From: an uncultured Methanosarcinaceae archaeon
GTDB lineage: Archaea > Halobacteriota > Methanosarcinia > Methanosarcinales > Methanosarcinaceae
NCBI GenBank assembly: GCA_963833425.1
Contig: CAWHXP010000002.1
Span: forward strand, 32,001 to 96,000
Reading direction: 5' to 3'
DNA length: 64,000 nt
A program made the translations under genes and the position numbers. The notes under the pieces were generated by a model. It did no database searches. It worked only from the letters and a program-made list of their open reading frames with translations, and was not told the origin of the DNA. Below are positions 24,365 through 37,235 of this stretch, one piece after another. Each line of letters begins with the position of its first letter. Position 1 is the first letter of the stretch.

Positions 24365-24530
24365 TACGCATAATTTCTAATTCTGGAATCCATAATATTG
24401 TATTTTTATAGGCGGTTACAAAAAAAATGGAATTAAGATATATAAATTAAGTTTTTTTCTTGTGAACTAATGAGGATAAATAGGAAACTAATAAGGAGTA
24501 ATCAAATTAGAGTAGTCATTCGAAGCTAGG
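24365..24530. repeat. dispersed repeat, second copy at 55241-55385
   Basis: GCATAATTTCT...GAATTAAGAT...TTGTGAA...AGTAGTCATTCG-AGCTA colinear in both. Confidence 0.65.
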
Positions 24531-24991
24531 GGTCGTATTCAAGAATATGGCAAGTTGGAAAGTGGGGTAAAGCATGGAAGAAAGAAAAGAAGTAAAAAGT
24601 TTTTCCTTGTTTTCCTTCATTGATTGGAGTTAGTTCCAGAGGAATTGATGTAAATTTTAGTGATTAAATGGGATATTAAAAGTCTTTGATCTTATGATAT
24701 ATTCTTGGAAATTATAATTTGAAGATATTAATTTTATTATAATTTGAAATTTGGTTTTTGAGGATGAATGTGTACTTTTGTGCAGATGCCTAAACAAAAT
24801 CGAAAAATAGAAGTTCTTAAGCAAAAATATGGCTTAAATCATACATAGACCCAAATAAATATGGTTTTGTAAAGATTGGATAAAATAAGGATAAAATTTA
24901 AACTGAAGTCCGCATTAAGGTATTTTAATATTTGCAGTTAAAACTCAGAAGTAAAAATAAAAAAGTGGTAAGGAAAAATTTCTTGTTATCA

Positions 24992-26220
24992 TCAGACCGT
25001 TATAGAACTATGTAGCTTGTATTCTGTCTCACATACTTCTTTTGTATCCCTTGCAATGGTAAGTTCTTCATTAGTTGGGATAACAAGAACTCTTACTTTC
25101 GAATCTGGTGTGCTGATATCGATTTCCTGACCTCTGATTTTGTTCTTTTCATCGTCAATCTTTATACCTAGGCCTTCAAGACCGGAAAGAATTCTCTTTC
25201 TTATGGTTGCGCTGTTTTCTCCGATACCTGCGGTAAAGACCACAGCGTCTGCGCCATTTAGCACGGCTGAATACTCACCTATAAATTTTTTAATCTTGTA
25301 AGCAAAGACTTCAAGGGCAAGTTCTGCTCTCTGGTTACCATTGGAAGCTGCTTCGTCAAGGTCTCTGAAATCGTTGCTTATTCCAGAGATCCCGAGTACT
25401 CCGGATTTTTTATTCATAAGGTTGTCAACTTCTCTGGTTGAAAGCCCTTCTTTTTCCATAATGAATGGAACTACAGCTGGGTCGATGGAACCGCATCTGG
25501 TCCCCATTGCGACTCCCTCTAGAGGGGTAAAGCCCATGCTGGTCTCAACGGATTTTCCACCCTTTACAGCGGTAATACTTGAACCGTTCCCAAGATGGCA
25601 GGTTATAACTTTAACATCCTTTGCAGGTTTCCCGAGCATAGCGGCAGCTCTTCTGGAAACGTACATATGAGAGGTACCATGGAAACCGTATTTCCTAACT
25701 CCATGTTTCTCGTACAAATCGTATGGTAGAGCATACATGTAGGCGTATGCAGGTAATGTCATATGGAATGCAGTATCAAATACAGCTACCATCGGTATGC
25801 TAGGCATGATCTCAGCACAGGCAGTTATCCCCATCATGTTTGGAGGGTTATGGAGAGGAGCTAGTTCAAAGCAATCTTTGATCGCCTTTTCCACATTAGT
25901 CGTCGATTAAAGCAGAAGTCGTGAATTGCTCTCCACCGTGCACAACCCTGTGCCCGACTGCATTTATTTCGTGTCATATCTTTGATTACGCCGAATTCTG
26001 AGTCGGTGAGAGCTTTTACGACTTCCTCGAGGGCTATCTTGTGATTGGGTAGATCAGTTTGCATTTCAAGCTTCTTGCCATCGAATCTTTTCTGGGTAAT
26101 AATTCAATTATTGATCCCTATCCTCTCACAGAGACCTACTGCAAGGGCGGATTCATTAGTCATATCAATTAATTGGTATTTGAGAGACGAGCTCCCTGCA
26201 TTTATTACAAGTACCTTCAT
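24992..26220 (-). pseudogene. ackA: acetate kinase, interrupted by a TGA at 26104-26106 and two +1 frameshifts
   Basis: [40 protein letters not shown]. Confidence 0.9.
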
Positions 26221-26323
26221 GTATATACACCAGTTTAATTCATTGCTTTTAAGTCACGTTCACAGTTTTTCAGTTGAATATAGTTTATAAAATTTGTAAA
26301 GCACTTTCTTTATGCATTCTCAA

Positions 26324-27409
<1,086 letters not shown>

Positions 27410-27583
27410 TCAAAGATGACTATATATCCTTGTCTGCTAACCTGCTATACTTATTTTCAAACATTTATATTCAAAATTAATAAGAGCATACCATTTTTTT
27501 TTCAATGAAATATGGTCTTGTTTTAATTAACAATTAAAATTTAGATAATTTAGATAACCACAATTTTTGGCTGATTTATTATA

Positions 27584-28718
27584 GAGAATTTCGATAACCT
27601 CCATGCTCTTGAGCATGGTTGGCTTTAAATTTGTCAATATTTATGTATATTCATGAAAACTCTTACTGATTTTGCTCTTAAAGAAGAGTATAAACGTCTT
27701 GAATCTGTTGGAGATAAGCTTGCTGAAATTGCTTCCTGAATTGATTGGAAAAAGTTTCGTATTATTCTTGAGTCTATGTCTATTAACAAAACCGTTTCAT
27801 GAGGGCGACCTGAAACTGATGTCATTGTGATGTTCAAAATGCTTGTTTTACAACAATGGCATGGGCTCTCTGATTTTGAACTTAAGAAACAGTGTATAGA
27901 TCGAATTTCTTTTAGGAAATTCCTTGGATTTCCGGAATACATACCTGGCAGTACTATTGTATGGCTATTTAGGGAGAGAATTATCGAGAATTTCAAAGAA
28001 AATATGGGGAAAGTTGCAAAGCCAACTTGATGCTCTGAGTTTACAGATAAAGCAGGGAATGATTCAGGATGCTACTTTTATCCATTCAGATCCAGGGCAC
28101 GCAAAAGCAGAGAGATGAGGCAAAAACAAGAAGAAGCAGAGATGGAACATTGACAAAGAAGGGAGGTAAGTCTCACTTTGGATATAAGCTTCATAATACA
28201 ATAGACAGAGATTATGAGCTGATCAGAAGATTCAAAACAACAACTGCGTAAGTACATGATTCGTATGTAGATTTGACAGAGGAAAATGAAGTGGTTTATA
28301 GGGACAGAGGATACTTTGGAGCAAAAACGAAAGGGTATAATGCAACAATGAAAAGAGCGGTCAAAGGACATACTCTGGGAATAAAGAATTTATTAAGAAA
28401 TAAGGGAATTGGCTCAAAAAGAGTCCCATGAGAAGGAGTTTATTCAGTAACTAAAGAAATTTTCAAAGCAGGAAGAGTTTTTGTTACTACTGTTAAAAGA
28501 GTAAATCTAAAAATGTTGTGTACGGCTTTTTGTTATAATCTCCATCAATTGAGGACATTGAAAATAAAAAAAGTATATTGAAGATAGCGGAAGCTATCTT
28601 TAAAATCAAAGAATTGAGAATAAAGTAAAGCCAAAAAGAGGAATTAAATAGAGAAATTGAGGGGAAGATCTGAGAAATTCCTGCTAAGAAATAAAATCCG
28701 AAATTTATCGAAATCCTC
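27584..28718 (+). mobile_element. IS5-family element with pseudogenised transposase
   Basis: TIRs GAGAATTTCGATAA / TTATCGAAATCCTC flanked by TA; LQQWHGLSD, QDATFI, FGYKLH, YRDRGY fragments. Confidence 0.9.
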
Positions 28719-29325
28719 TATAAAGTATAGAGCAATTTGTTGGCATCGGCGTTTTATCAAAATTGTCTAAAATATAAATAACAAATTAATATAAAAAAAT
28801 TCCGAAAGGCGTGTTGCAAAAAAGTATCGTAACTGTCACACTACAAAAGCATTTGTAGATGTCAACTTTAGTTCAATAAATACTTCTGATTACTAACTGA
28901 TGGCTAAATAAAAACGTGATCAATAGCAGATAGTTGGATAAAATAAGCTCATTTAAATCTGCTCATGATCTATTAAGACGGCTGTATGCATTGGTTCCTC
29001 GGACAGATTGGTCATAAAAAAGAAATCAAAGGCGGATTGATGAGTTACTGATACCTTTCCAAAAAAATGGATTGATGATAGAGTGTTTGTTTTGAGGTTA
29101 ACTTTTCTATTAAGAAGGTGGGGTTCCGAAAAGTATGGGATTTATCTTGAAATAATTTATGATGCAATAGAAAAATTTATTTTTAGCCAAGTCGGATACC
29201 CGCACTTGCTGCGGGGATGGAAATTTCTCAAAGTAATGTTATCAACTAACTCTATTATAATTTTAAGCTATTTCGCACTATAAAAATGGAACTACATCAT
29301 GGAGATCATTGTGTCTATAAAAATA

Positions 29326-29413
29326 GGGGATTTCGATAAACTTCTAATTCCTCCAATTCATATGCATGCTATTTATGGGTTTATATGAAATGTAGATGTT
29401 TACAGAAATTCTC
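29326..29413. mobile_element. MITE copy
   Basis: GGGGATTTCGATAAA...TTTACAGAAATTCTC. Confidence 0.7.
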
Positions 29414-30791
29414 TTAACTACATATGCTCCAAATCTGATAAACATAATATTTTGATTTTGTTGCAATATTCCTCGAGAATGATCATATAAATATTTTTTT
29501 CGTGATAAGATGCATTGATGCAATCATCAACGAAGATTTAGTTCTCACATGTTTTCATGGTGATTAGTGGTCTTTGAATGAGATTGTTTTCATTCGATGG
29601 AATAAACTCTCTCATGTTTATTCGATTGCGTTGGTATTTTATTGATGCTTCGCACACGATATCTTGGTAATGTTTTGATACAGAGTGAACATTATTCTTG
29701 TAGACCCCGCATCCATAAAGGTACGAAAAATGTTTGCAAGCATAGTGAACCCTTGATCTCGATTTTCACATAATTTATGAGAGTCTTAATACAGTATTAA
29801 ATACATTTTTTGACTTTAATTCTAATTCAGGACTAAAATTCAGGCTTATGTTTTAGAGAATGTAGGGAGCTTTTTCATCCCATATAATGGTATAAATGGA
29901 GGTGTCATTTGTGGGAAATAAAAATTAGTTAAGTATTGGAATTATATGTAATTTATTCATCTTTGAAAAAAGCAGTATTATATACATCTATATTCACAAT
30001 TTAATGGCCAAGTTATTTGATCTCAGTTTCTCAAAATTGTTGGCTAATGCTAACGTTTTTTATTTTTTAATTGTTAGGAATTATACATTTTTAGAACTAA
30101 AAATCGATTGATTTTTTTTAGGTAACTGCCAAATTAAGTTAATTTTATAATTCTCTTTTGCAATTAGGTACTCATTCACTCTTTGAACTGTGGAAGCAAA
30201 ACTATTTGATAGATTTTATTTCTTAATTTTTAACTGCTCAATACAGCCAGTGATCGCATACAAAATGTTTTCGATGTTCACATCTATGTGTCTTACTCCT
30301 ATTTTTTACTTTGAAAACTCCCCATGGATATCAAAACTCACATGGATCTGTTACCATTTATTCCTCTTCTGACAAGGATGTAGGAGATAGAAAACGGTGC
30401 CAGTATGAAAACGACTTGGCAAAATATCAGCTTACTATCTGATAGACTACCTAACTTATGAAGGAACAAAATTTAGGAGAATTATTGCTGTCATAATTAT
30501 ATATTCTATGGTTATTTAATATAATGAATGTTTGTTGGGTTTTTATAATCATATTAATATATAAATATTTGTATAATATTTGGTCTCTAAATTCTAATTG
30601 TTATAGATGTTGATTAGACATTTTAGGAAATGTTAGTGTATTTAGTTCAATTACGCGAATAAAAAAACTAGTTTGGAAATAAGTTATTATTAGACTGAAA
30701 AAGGGATAATAGGTCATTATTTAATTAAACTGGTTCAAAAACAGCATAATTTAAGCAAAAGTTTGGGAATAAAAATTGTGAAGAAATAAGC

Positions 30792-31190
30792 ATGAAGCCG
30801 ATTAAATATTTAATTTGCCTATTTACTCTGTCGGTTGTGTTGATTTCGGTTGTTCTTGCAGAAGCGAACACCCCTCCCACACAGCGAGTAGTTAATAGCA
30901 AAGGGCAAAATTGGTATATGACAGGTGATAAATTAGATTCCAGCAATAAATCCTGGAATAATACTGTTGCATGGGTAGATTATCAAAATATTCTGCACTT
31001 AATTATTGTTAAAGGCACAAACATAATTTATAGTATTGAATTGAACCCCAGTGATGTAAAAATCACATCCATGCAGGCAAACGGGAAGGTTATAGCAAAC
31101 TATGAGCTTATTCCAAAATTAGTTTTATTCCCGATCAGTAGAAGTTTTAGAACTATTTTTCGTAATTGGAAACTTTGGTTGTGTTCATGA
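30792..31190 (+). CDS. hypothetical secreted protein, C-terminus probably truncated by the IS relic
   Basis: Signal-peptide-like N-terminus; 3' end runs into the IS630-like relic. Confidence 0.55.
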   Translation: MKPIKYLICLFTLSVVLISVVLAEANTPPTQRVVNSKGQNWYMTGDKLDSSNKSWNNTVAWVDYQNILHLIIVKGTNIIYSIELNPSDVKITSMQANGKVIANYELIPKLVLFPISRSFRTIFRNWKLWLCS

Positions 31191-31610
31191 GTTGTTGAAA
31201 ATCTTAAACATAAGTCAATATCCATATTTCCCAAGATAAGAATACTACTCATTTTTCCCGATTTGATCAATAACTAAAGGACACTATTTGATATCAAGCT
31301 TACCTCTTGCTATGCCTTTAACTTTGCCAATTGTTCAAAAATCTTTACTTTCACATATTGTTTTCAGCTCAAGTATCTATTCCTAAATTTATTTAGAGGA
31401 CATATCTGAACCAGGTTTAAGAAGTAATCCTCCTTCCTTATTGCATCTATTTTACCAATAGTAGCTTATTTTTTAGTGATTCCCTCTCTGGAAGTTGCTT
31501 TCTTAATAGGATCTCATATATATAAACTGGATCAAGTATAGAGGAGTTCGGTAGTTCTTAACCTAAATATTCTCCTTCAAGATTGATGCAGATTATAAAA
31601 GTATCACATC
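31130..31610 (-). pseudogene. IS630-like transposase N-terminal relic
   Basis: YYW*NRCNKEG...ILELKTICESKDF*TIGKVK resembles the IS630 HTH region. Confidence 0.5.
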
Positions 31611-31617
31611 AAAAAAT

Positions 31618-31705
31618 GAGGATTTCTACAAACCCAAATTTTTGTCTGGTTGCTTATGAGCCTTATTTAATCATTTGTTGGAATCTGAGATTTATCTAAA
31701 TTCTC
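31618..31705. mobile_element. MITE copy (degenerate)
   Basis: GAGGATTTCTACAAA...TTTATCTAAATTCTC. Confidence 0.6.
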
Positions 31706-32079
31706 AAAAGTCTTTAAAAAATGCTGTGGGATTAAAAACCAGTTATTGGATTGTGAACTGTGGAGTGATGCTATAACTTCCGATGTAATTAAAAAGTTGT
31801 TGGAAATTAGGAAAACCAGGTAAAAAAAGAGTCTTTAAGCAATTGAAAGTATTTGATTTACAGTAATTCCCTTATAGTCATAGCTGTTGTGCGAACATAC
31901 CCCGTTGGTTGCAGTTTGGTGGCACCTTTAGCTTTGAGTTAAATTTATAGAAATGGTTTTGGAACTAATGAGATCATCAAAGATTTGGAATCTATCGGAA
32001 CACCATTATTTATATTCTTACGAACTATATTCACAGATAGCAGGTAGTAATTAAATAATTCTCTGATTTTCATGCCACT

Positions 32080-32094
32080 CGAAACCTTTATATC
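32080..32094 (+). promoter_or_regulatory. BRE/TATA promoter of tRNA-Thr
   Basis: CGAAACCTTTATATC ~40 nt upstream of the tRNA. Confidence 0.7.
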
Positions 32095-32133
32095 TCTACC
32101 ATGATATTTTGGAGATACTCTTTGATCAACAGT

Positions 32134-32205
32134 GCCTTGGTGGCTTAGGGGTATAGCGCGTCCTTGGTAAGGACGAGGTCGCGGGTTCAAATCCCGCCCG
32201 AGGCT
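32134..32205 (+). tRNA. tRNA-Thr(GGT)
   Basis: Acceptor stem GCCTTGG/CCGAGGC, anticodon arm CGTCC-TTGGTAA-GGACG, GTTCAAATC T-loop; no encoded CCA. Confidence 0.97.
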
Positions 32206-32579
32206 TCTAAATTTTTGTTCAAAATACCGTTTTTTTCATTTTGCCCTAATATCGCCTTAATGATCTTAATAAAGGCATAAACTCTGGATAATTAAATTTA
32301 AACTATAGTTGTTTTTGTAGGTCTTTTTAGAGATAATTATTAAAATTTTCCACTTTAGATCTATATTTGAAACTTGCCCAGCCCGTCAAATACGCTGGAC
32401 TTAAGAAACAACATATTGGACTTAAAAGTATTTTGAAATAAACTAAACTAATAGGTAAACCTTAAAGTGTTGCGGTTAATTTGATAAATTAGGCTACAAT
32501 TACCCTAGGAAACAAAATTAATCTGAAGGTAGTTCTATTAAGGATACGTGAAATTTTGATTAAAAATTAAACTATTGAT

Positions 32580-32833
32580 TACTCATTAATTTCTCTAACT
32601 TGAATGAACTTTGCCAAAATATCTTTTCTAATTTCATCTCCATCTTTAACGATTATCTCAACATTCTCGTTTTTATTCTCTGAAACTGTATTAATTTTCC
32701 TATATTCCTTTCTTCAATAATCATTAGGGAACCGTCTCTCCAAAATTCACATACAAACTCTGCAATCTCCAGCATCTGCTGCTTCTTTTAGGTGTTCCAG
32801 GAGAGCTTTTGCAGCATCAGCATTACGTTTTTT
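32580..32833 (-). pseudogene. 3' half of a gene, paralog of 33687-33926, cut by the IS6 left end
   Basis: KKRNADAAKALLEHLKEAADAGDCRVCM*ILERRFP... Confidence 0.7.
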
Positions 32834-33686
32834 GGTTCCGTTGCAAAAAATCCTTTCTACTGATACAATAGAATAAAAAGAAAACCAAAGATAGTAACAT
32901 GCTATCTAATTCCTTTAAATGGAAGCATTATGAAGGAGAAATTATCTTATTAAACGTAAGATGGCACCTAAAATACCCATTGAGCTATAGAAATTTAAAG
33001 GAAATGATGATAGAAAGAGGAATTCAAGTTGATCACAGTACTATAATAAGATGGGTGTATCAATATTTTCCTGAAATAGAAAAGAAGATAAGAAGACATT
33101 TAAGACCAACAAACGATTCGTGGAGTTGATAAAACCTATATCAAAGTAAAAGGTAAATAGAAATATTTTTACCGAGCAGTTGATTCAAATGGAGATATAA
33201 TTGATTTCATGTTAAGTCCAAAACGAAATAGAAAAGCATCGAAGAGATTCTTTAAGAAAGCTTTAAGTTCTAATCATAATCAAATTCCAAGATTAATAAC
33301 CGTTGATAAGAATCCAGCTTATCCACCTGCTAGAGATTAACTGAAAAATGAAAAGAAATTGTCTAAAAATGTTGAAATTAGACAAATCAAGTATTTGAAT
33401 AACATTATAGAACAAGATCACAGATCTATAAAGAGAATCGGTAATCCAATGTTAGGATTTCAGTCTTTTCGATCTGCTAATAAGACTTTAAAAGGGATTG
33501 AAGCTATAAATATGATCAAAAAAGGACAAGTAATCGATCTAAATTACTCTGCTCTTAATGAAGTCAAATACATTAATCAATTATTTGGTATAGTTTTATA
33601 ATGCTAGTACATTTTCCTTTAATATTTTGATTTTTATTAATTACTTATAGATTTACATATTTTTTTGAAATTTTTGCAACGGAACC
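32834..33686 (+). mobile_element. IS6-family element with pseudogenised transposase
   Basis: TIR GGTTCCGTTGCAAAAA at both ends; FKWKHY, LSYRNL, NNIIEQDHR. Confidence 0.93.
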
Positions 33687-33926
33687 AAAAAACGTAATGC
33701 TGATGCTGCAAAAGCTCTTCTGGAATACCTAAAAGAAGCAGCAGATGCTGGAGACTGCAGAGTTTGCATGTGGATTTTGGAGAGACGGTTCCCGGAAGAC
33801 TTCGCCAGACGACAATATAGTAAAACGAATGCAGTTTCAGAGAAACCGAATTAGAACGTCGAGTTAATTGTCAATGATACATATGGAATTAGAAAACAAA
33901 TTCTAGCGAAGTTAGAGAGTCTTTAA
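33687..33926 (+). pseudogene. 3' half of a gene, cut by the IS6 right end
   Basis: KKRNADAAKALLEYLKEAADAGDCRVCMWILERRFPEDFARR... Confidence 0.7.
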
Positions 33927-34017
33927 CTAGTTAGAATTTTTTATATTAACTTAATTTATTTCTAATAGAAAATATTTCACTATTCGTTTTTATCAATTTT
34001 TATAATTCTAGTCTGAA

Positions 34018-34320
34018 TTACCAAAATCGCCACCAAGGTTTCTTAGCTCCTGGTACTTCTATAGCCTTCTGATTAATTAAAGTTTGCATTTGAAACATGT
34101 AATTGTTAAGCATTGACTTGAGATCTTCTTTATCTTGGTTAGTTTTTCTAAGTTCTGTTAATAGTGCTTCTATTTCATTCTCCAAATCGTCAATTCTTTT
34201 ATCTTTTTCTTCGGAAAATTTTAGATTTTCCTAGAATGTCGCCTGCAAAATACTTATTTCAGAAACTTTCTTTTCTAACTCTGTCGTAAATGTCTTATAT
34301 TTATCATCAGTTGTTGGCAT
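34018..34320 (-). pseudogene. coiled-coil protein ending KKPWWRFW, in-frame TAG at 34231-34233
   Basis: Manual translation MPTTDD...LQATF*ENLKF...EVPGAKKPWWRFW*. Confidence 0.65.
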
Positions 34321-34585
34321 GTCTTCAGACTGTCTAGATGTCTCTGCAAGTTTTTTTTCTAACGTTATTAATTCATTGCGATTTATGTGGCATGCAGGAA
34401 AAAAGCACCATTTAACTTACTTAATTAAAAATATTCTAATAACAACCTAACAAATTAAAAGTAATCGTTATGCTAATATTTTTAAATAATCAAATATATT
34501 TTAAAGTGAATGTATAAGAAAATTTTGGAGTCTAGATAAATGAAAAAACAAACATTCAATCAGACAAAAAAATATTTGATATTTT

Positions 34586-34734
34586 GGTTCCGTTGCAAGA
34601 ATAATATTTCTGCAATTTGATACTATAATTTTCACCTTTATGTATCATTTTCTTCCAAATTAAAATGATTAACTTCCCTGATTGTGATGTTTTTTAATGT
34701 TTTTGTGAAAAAGCCAGATTTTTGCAACGGAACC
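34586..34734. mobile_element. 149-bp IS6-derived MITE
   Basis: GGTTCCGTTGCAA...TTGCAACGGAACC with no ORF inside. Confidence 0.85.
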
Positions 34735-34830
34735 AATGAAATAGTAATTAAAAAGAAGATAAAGGAGTATAGAGTAGATTTCACCGAAATTCAGATGCAT
34801 TGCCTAATTAGAGAATGAGGAGCGATCTCC

Positions 34831-36866
34831 ATGATAGACGACTTATTAAATATAATTGATAATGTGGAAAAAAATAAAAGTTTTGAGTTATCTTTATCAC
34901 ATTTTCAGTTAACCCAGTTGCCTTCAAAAATTTTTGAGCTAAAAAACTTGAATAATCTCGATCTATCTTGGAATGAACTGAGCAGTTTGCCACCTGAAAT
35001 CCTTGAGCTTAAAAATCTAACTAGCCTTGATCTATCTCACAATAAATTAAGCCAATTGCCGCCTGAAATCTATGAGCTTAGAAATCTAACTGGCCTTGAT
35101 CTATCTAATAATAAATTGAGTTCGCTTCCATCAGAAATCATTAAGCTAAAAAACCTAACTAGTCTTGATTTATCTGAAAATCAACTGAGTTCACTTCCTC
35201 CTGATATTTTAAAACCCGGTCTAGAGATTAGATATGAATACTATCTTAAACCCTCAAGAAATTCTGATTTCTCTAAAAAAATGGATAAAAGTGGAATTTA
35301 CTTAAGAGGAAATCCTTTAGTAAATCCTCCCGTGGGAATACAAAAAAAGGTAGGGAAGCAATTTTTAATTATTTTAGATCTAAAACTACAAAACAGTTAA
35401 ATGAAGTTAAAGTTATGCTTGTTGGAGACGGAGGCGCGGGTAAAACTTCGCTGGTGAAGAAGCTTTTTATGGAAGAAATTGATGGGAAAGAATCGCAGAC
35501 ACAAAGTATCGATATAAGGACATGGTCTGCAAATGATGGAGAGCGGATAATTCAAGCCAATTTCTGGGATTTTGGTGGGCAGGAAATCATGCACGCTACG
35601 CATCAGTTCTTTTTTTCAAAAAGAAGTCTTTATATACTTGTTTTAGATGGAAGAAAGGACGAAAAAACGGAATACTGGCTTAAACTTATAGAAAACTTCG
35701 GTGGTGACTCTCCTGTTCTAATTGTGATCAATAAAATTGATGAAAATCCTTCATTTGAATTGAACAGAAAGTTTCTTCAGGAGAAGCACTCCTCAATCAT
35801 AGGTTTTTACCGTTTGTCCTGCATTTCAAATGAAGGACTTGGAGATTTTTCTAAAGCTTTGCAAGAAGAACTGACAAAGTTAAAGTATCTTGAAATCAAG
35901 CGGCCTGAAAGTTGGTTTAATGTAAAGAGAAGACTTGAAAAAATATGTCAAAATCGTCATTCGTGTAGTAAGGACGAAGACACATATGAGTCCTGTAATT
36001 ACATTGAGTACAAGGAATATAAAAATATGTGTAATGAAAAAGGAATAAAAAACGAATCTGAACAGGATACACTTGTTGATTTTCTGCATGACTTAGGTGT
36101 AATACTCCATTTTGGAGATATACCTCTTTTAAACACATATGTCCTAGAGCCGGAATGGGTAACTAGGGTGGTATATAAAATCGTAACTTCAAAAAGAATT
36201 GCTGACACCAAAGGAATTCTTAAATTTGAAATGCTTCATGAAATTTTGAAACAAAAAAGGAAAGGAGATTTCTATTATCCTCCCGATCAATATGTCTTTT
36301 TTGTTGGTTTAATGAACAAATTTGAACTCTCCTATCACCTTGATAGCAGCACTATACTTCTCCCTGCCTCTCTAGAAATTCAGGAACCGAATTTTGATTT
36401 TGAGCATGAATTGAGCCTGAAATTTATAATTGACTATGATTTCCTTCCTTTTTCGATAATGCCCCGTTTCATAGTGAGAATGAACAAAGACATAAAAGGT
36501 AATCTATGTTGACGTACCGGCGTTGTTCTAGAAAACGAAAAGTTCGAATCTACTGGTTTGATCAAATCAGACAATGAGTATAAAGTGAGTGAGCTACTGG
36601 GAACGGTCATCACCAAAAATGATTTGATAAATATACTATTTGAAAAACTACAAAAGGCGGAAAATAATGAAAACGAGATTATTAAAGAACTTATAAAAAT
36701 AAAAACATTCGATTCTGACCCCAATATCGAAGACACTATACTTGAAAAAATTAATAAAACATTATTGCTACAGCCTAACTTCTATGGTATAGGAATTAAT
36801 TTTAACAAACTAATCGAATCATATTTAGACGATAAAAAGATTATTTCAGGCCGTCTCAAAACTTAA
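34831..36866 (+). pseudogene. Roco protein (LRR-Roc-COR), interrupted
   Basis: LRRs (LxxLDLSxNxLxxLP), GDGGAGKTS, DFGGQ, NKID, COR LHDLGVILHF; frameshift near 35350 and TGA at 36510. Confidence 0.9.
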
Positions 36867-37235
36867 TCCGTTTCTACAATTGGATAATGGTTATTTTAAT
36901 TCATTGCTAAAATCTCTAATAATCTATAAAAAGGAATTTTTCTTTTATTAACATACTATTTATTTTAAGTTTTATATCGAACATTAGTTATGCTTATTGA
37001 CAACTACAGAAAAAAAATTATCAATAAGTCATATTTATCTTTAAAAGGAATTTGAATTTTAAAAAATGTTTTATATATTCTTATTTAAAATGACAATATT
37101 GATGTACTAAAAAAAATAGTAAAGTTTTTATTAAAAAAAGAAGAGTTTGTAAGAAACCAATTGTATCGTCTAATAATAAAAATAAAAGTTTTAGGCAAAC
37201 TGGAAAGAAAATCGAATAGTTTTAGTGAAAAATAA

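Noticed and set aside
31945..32190. 81-aa minus-strand ORF
   Set aside because: Antisense shadow of tRNA-Thr
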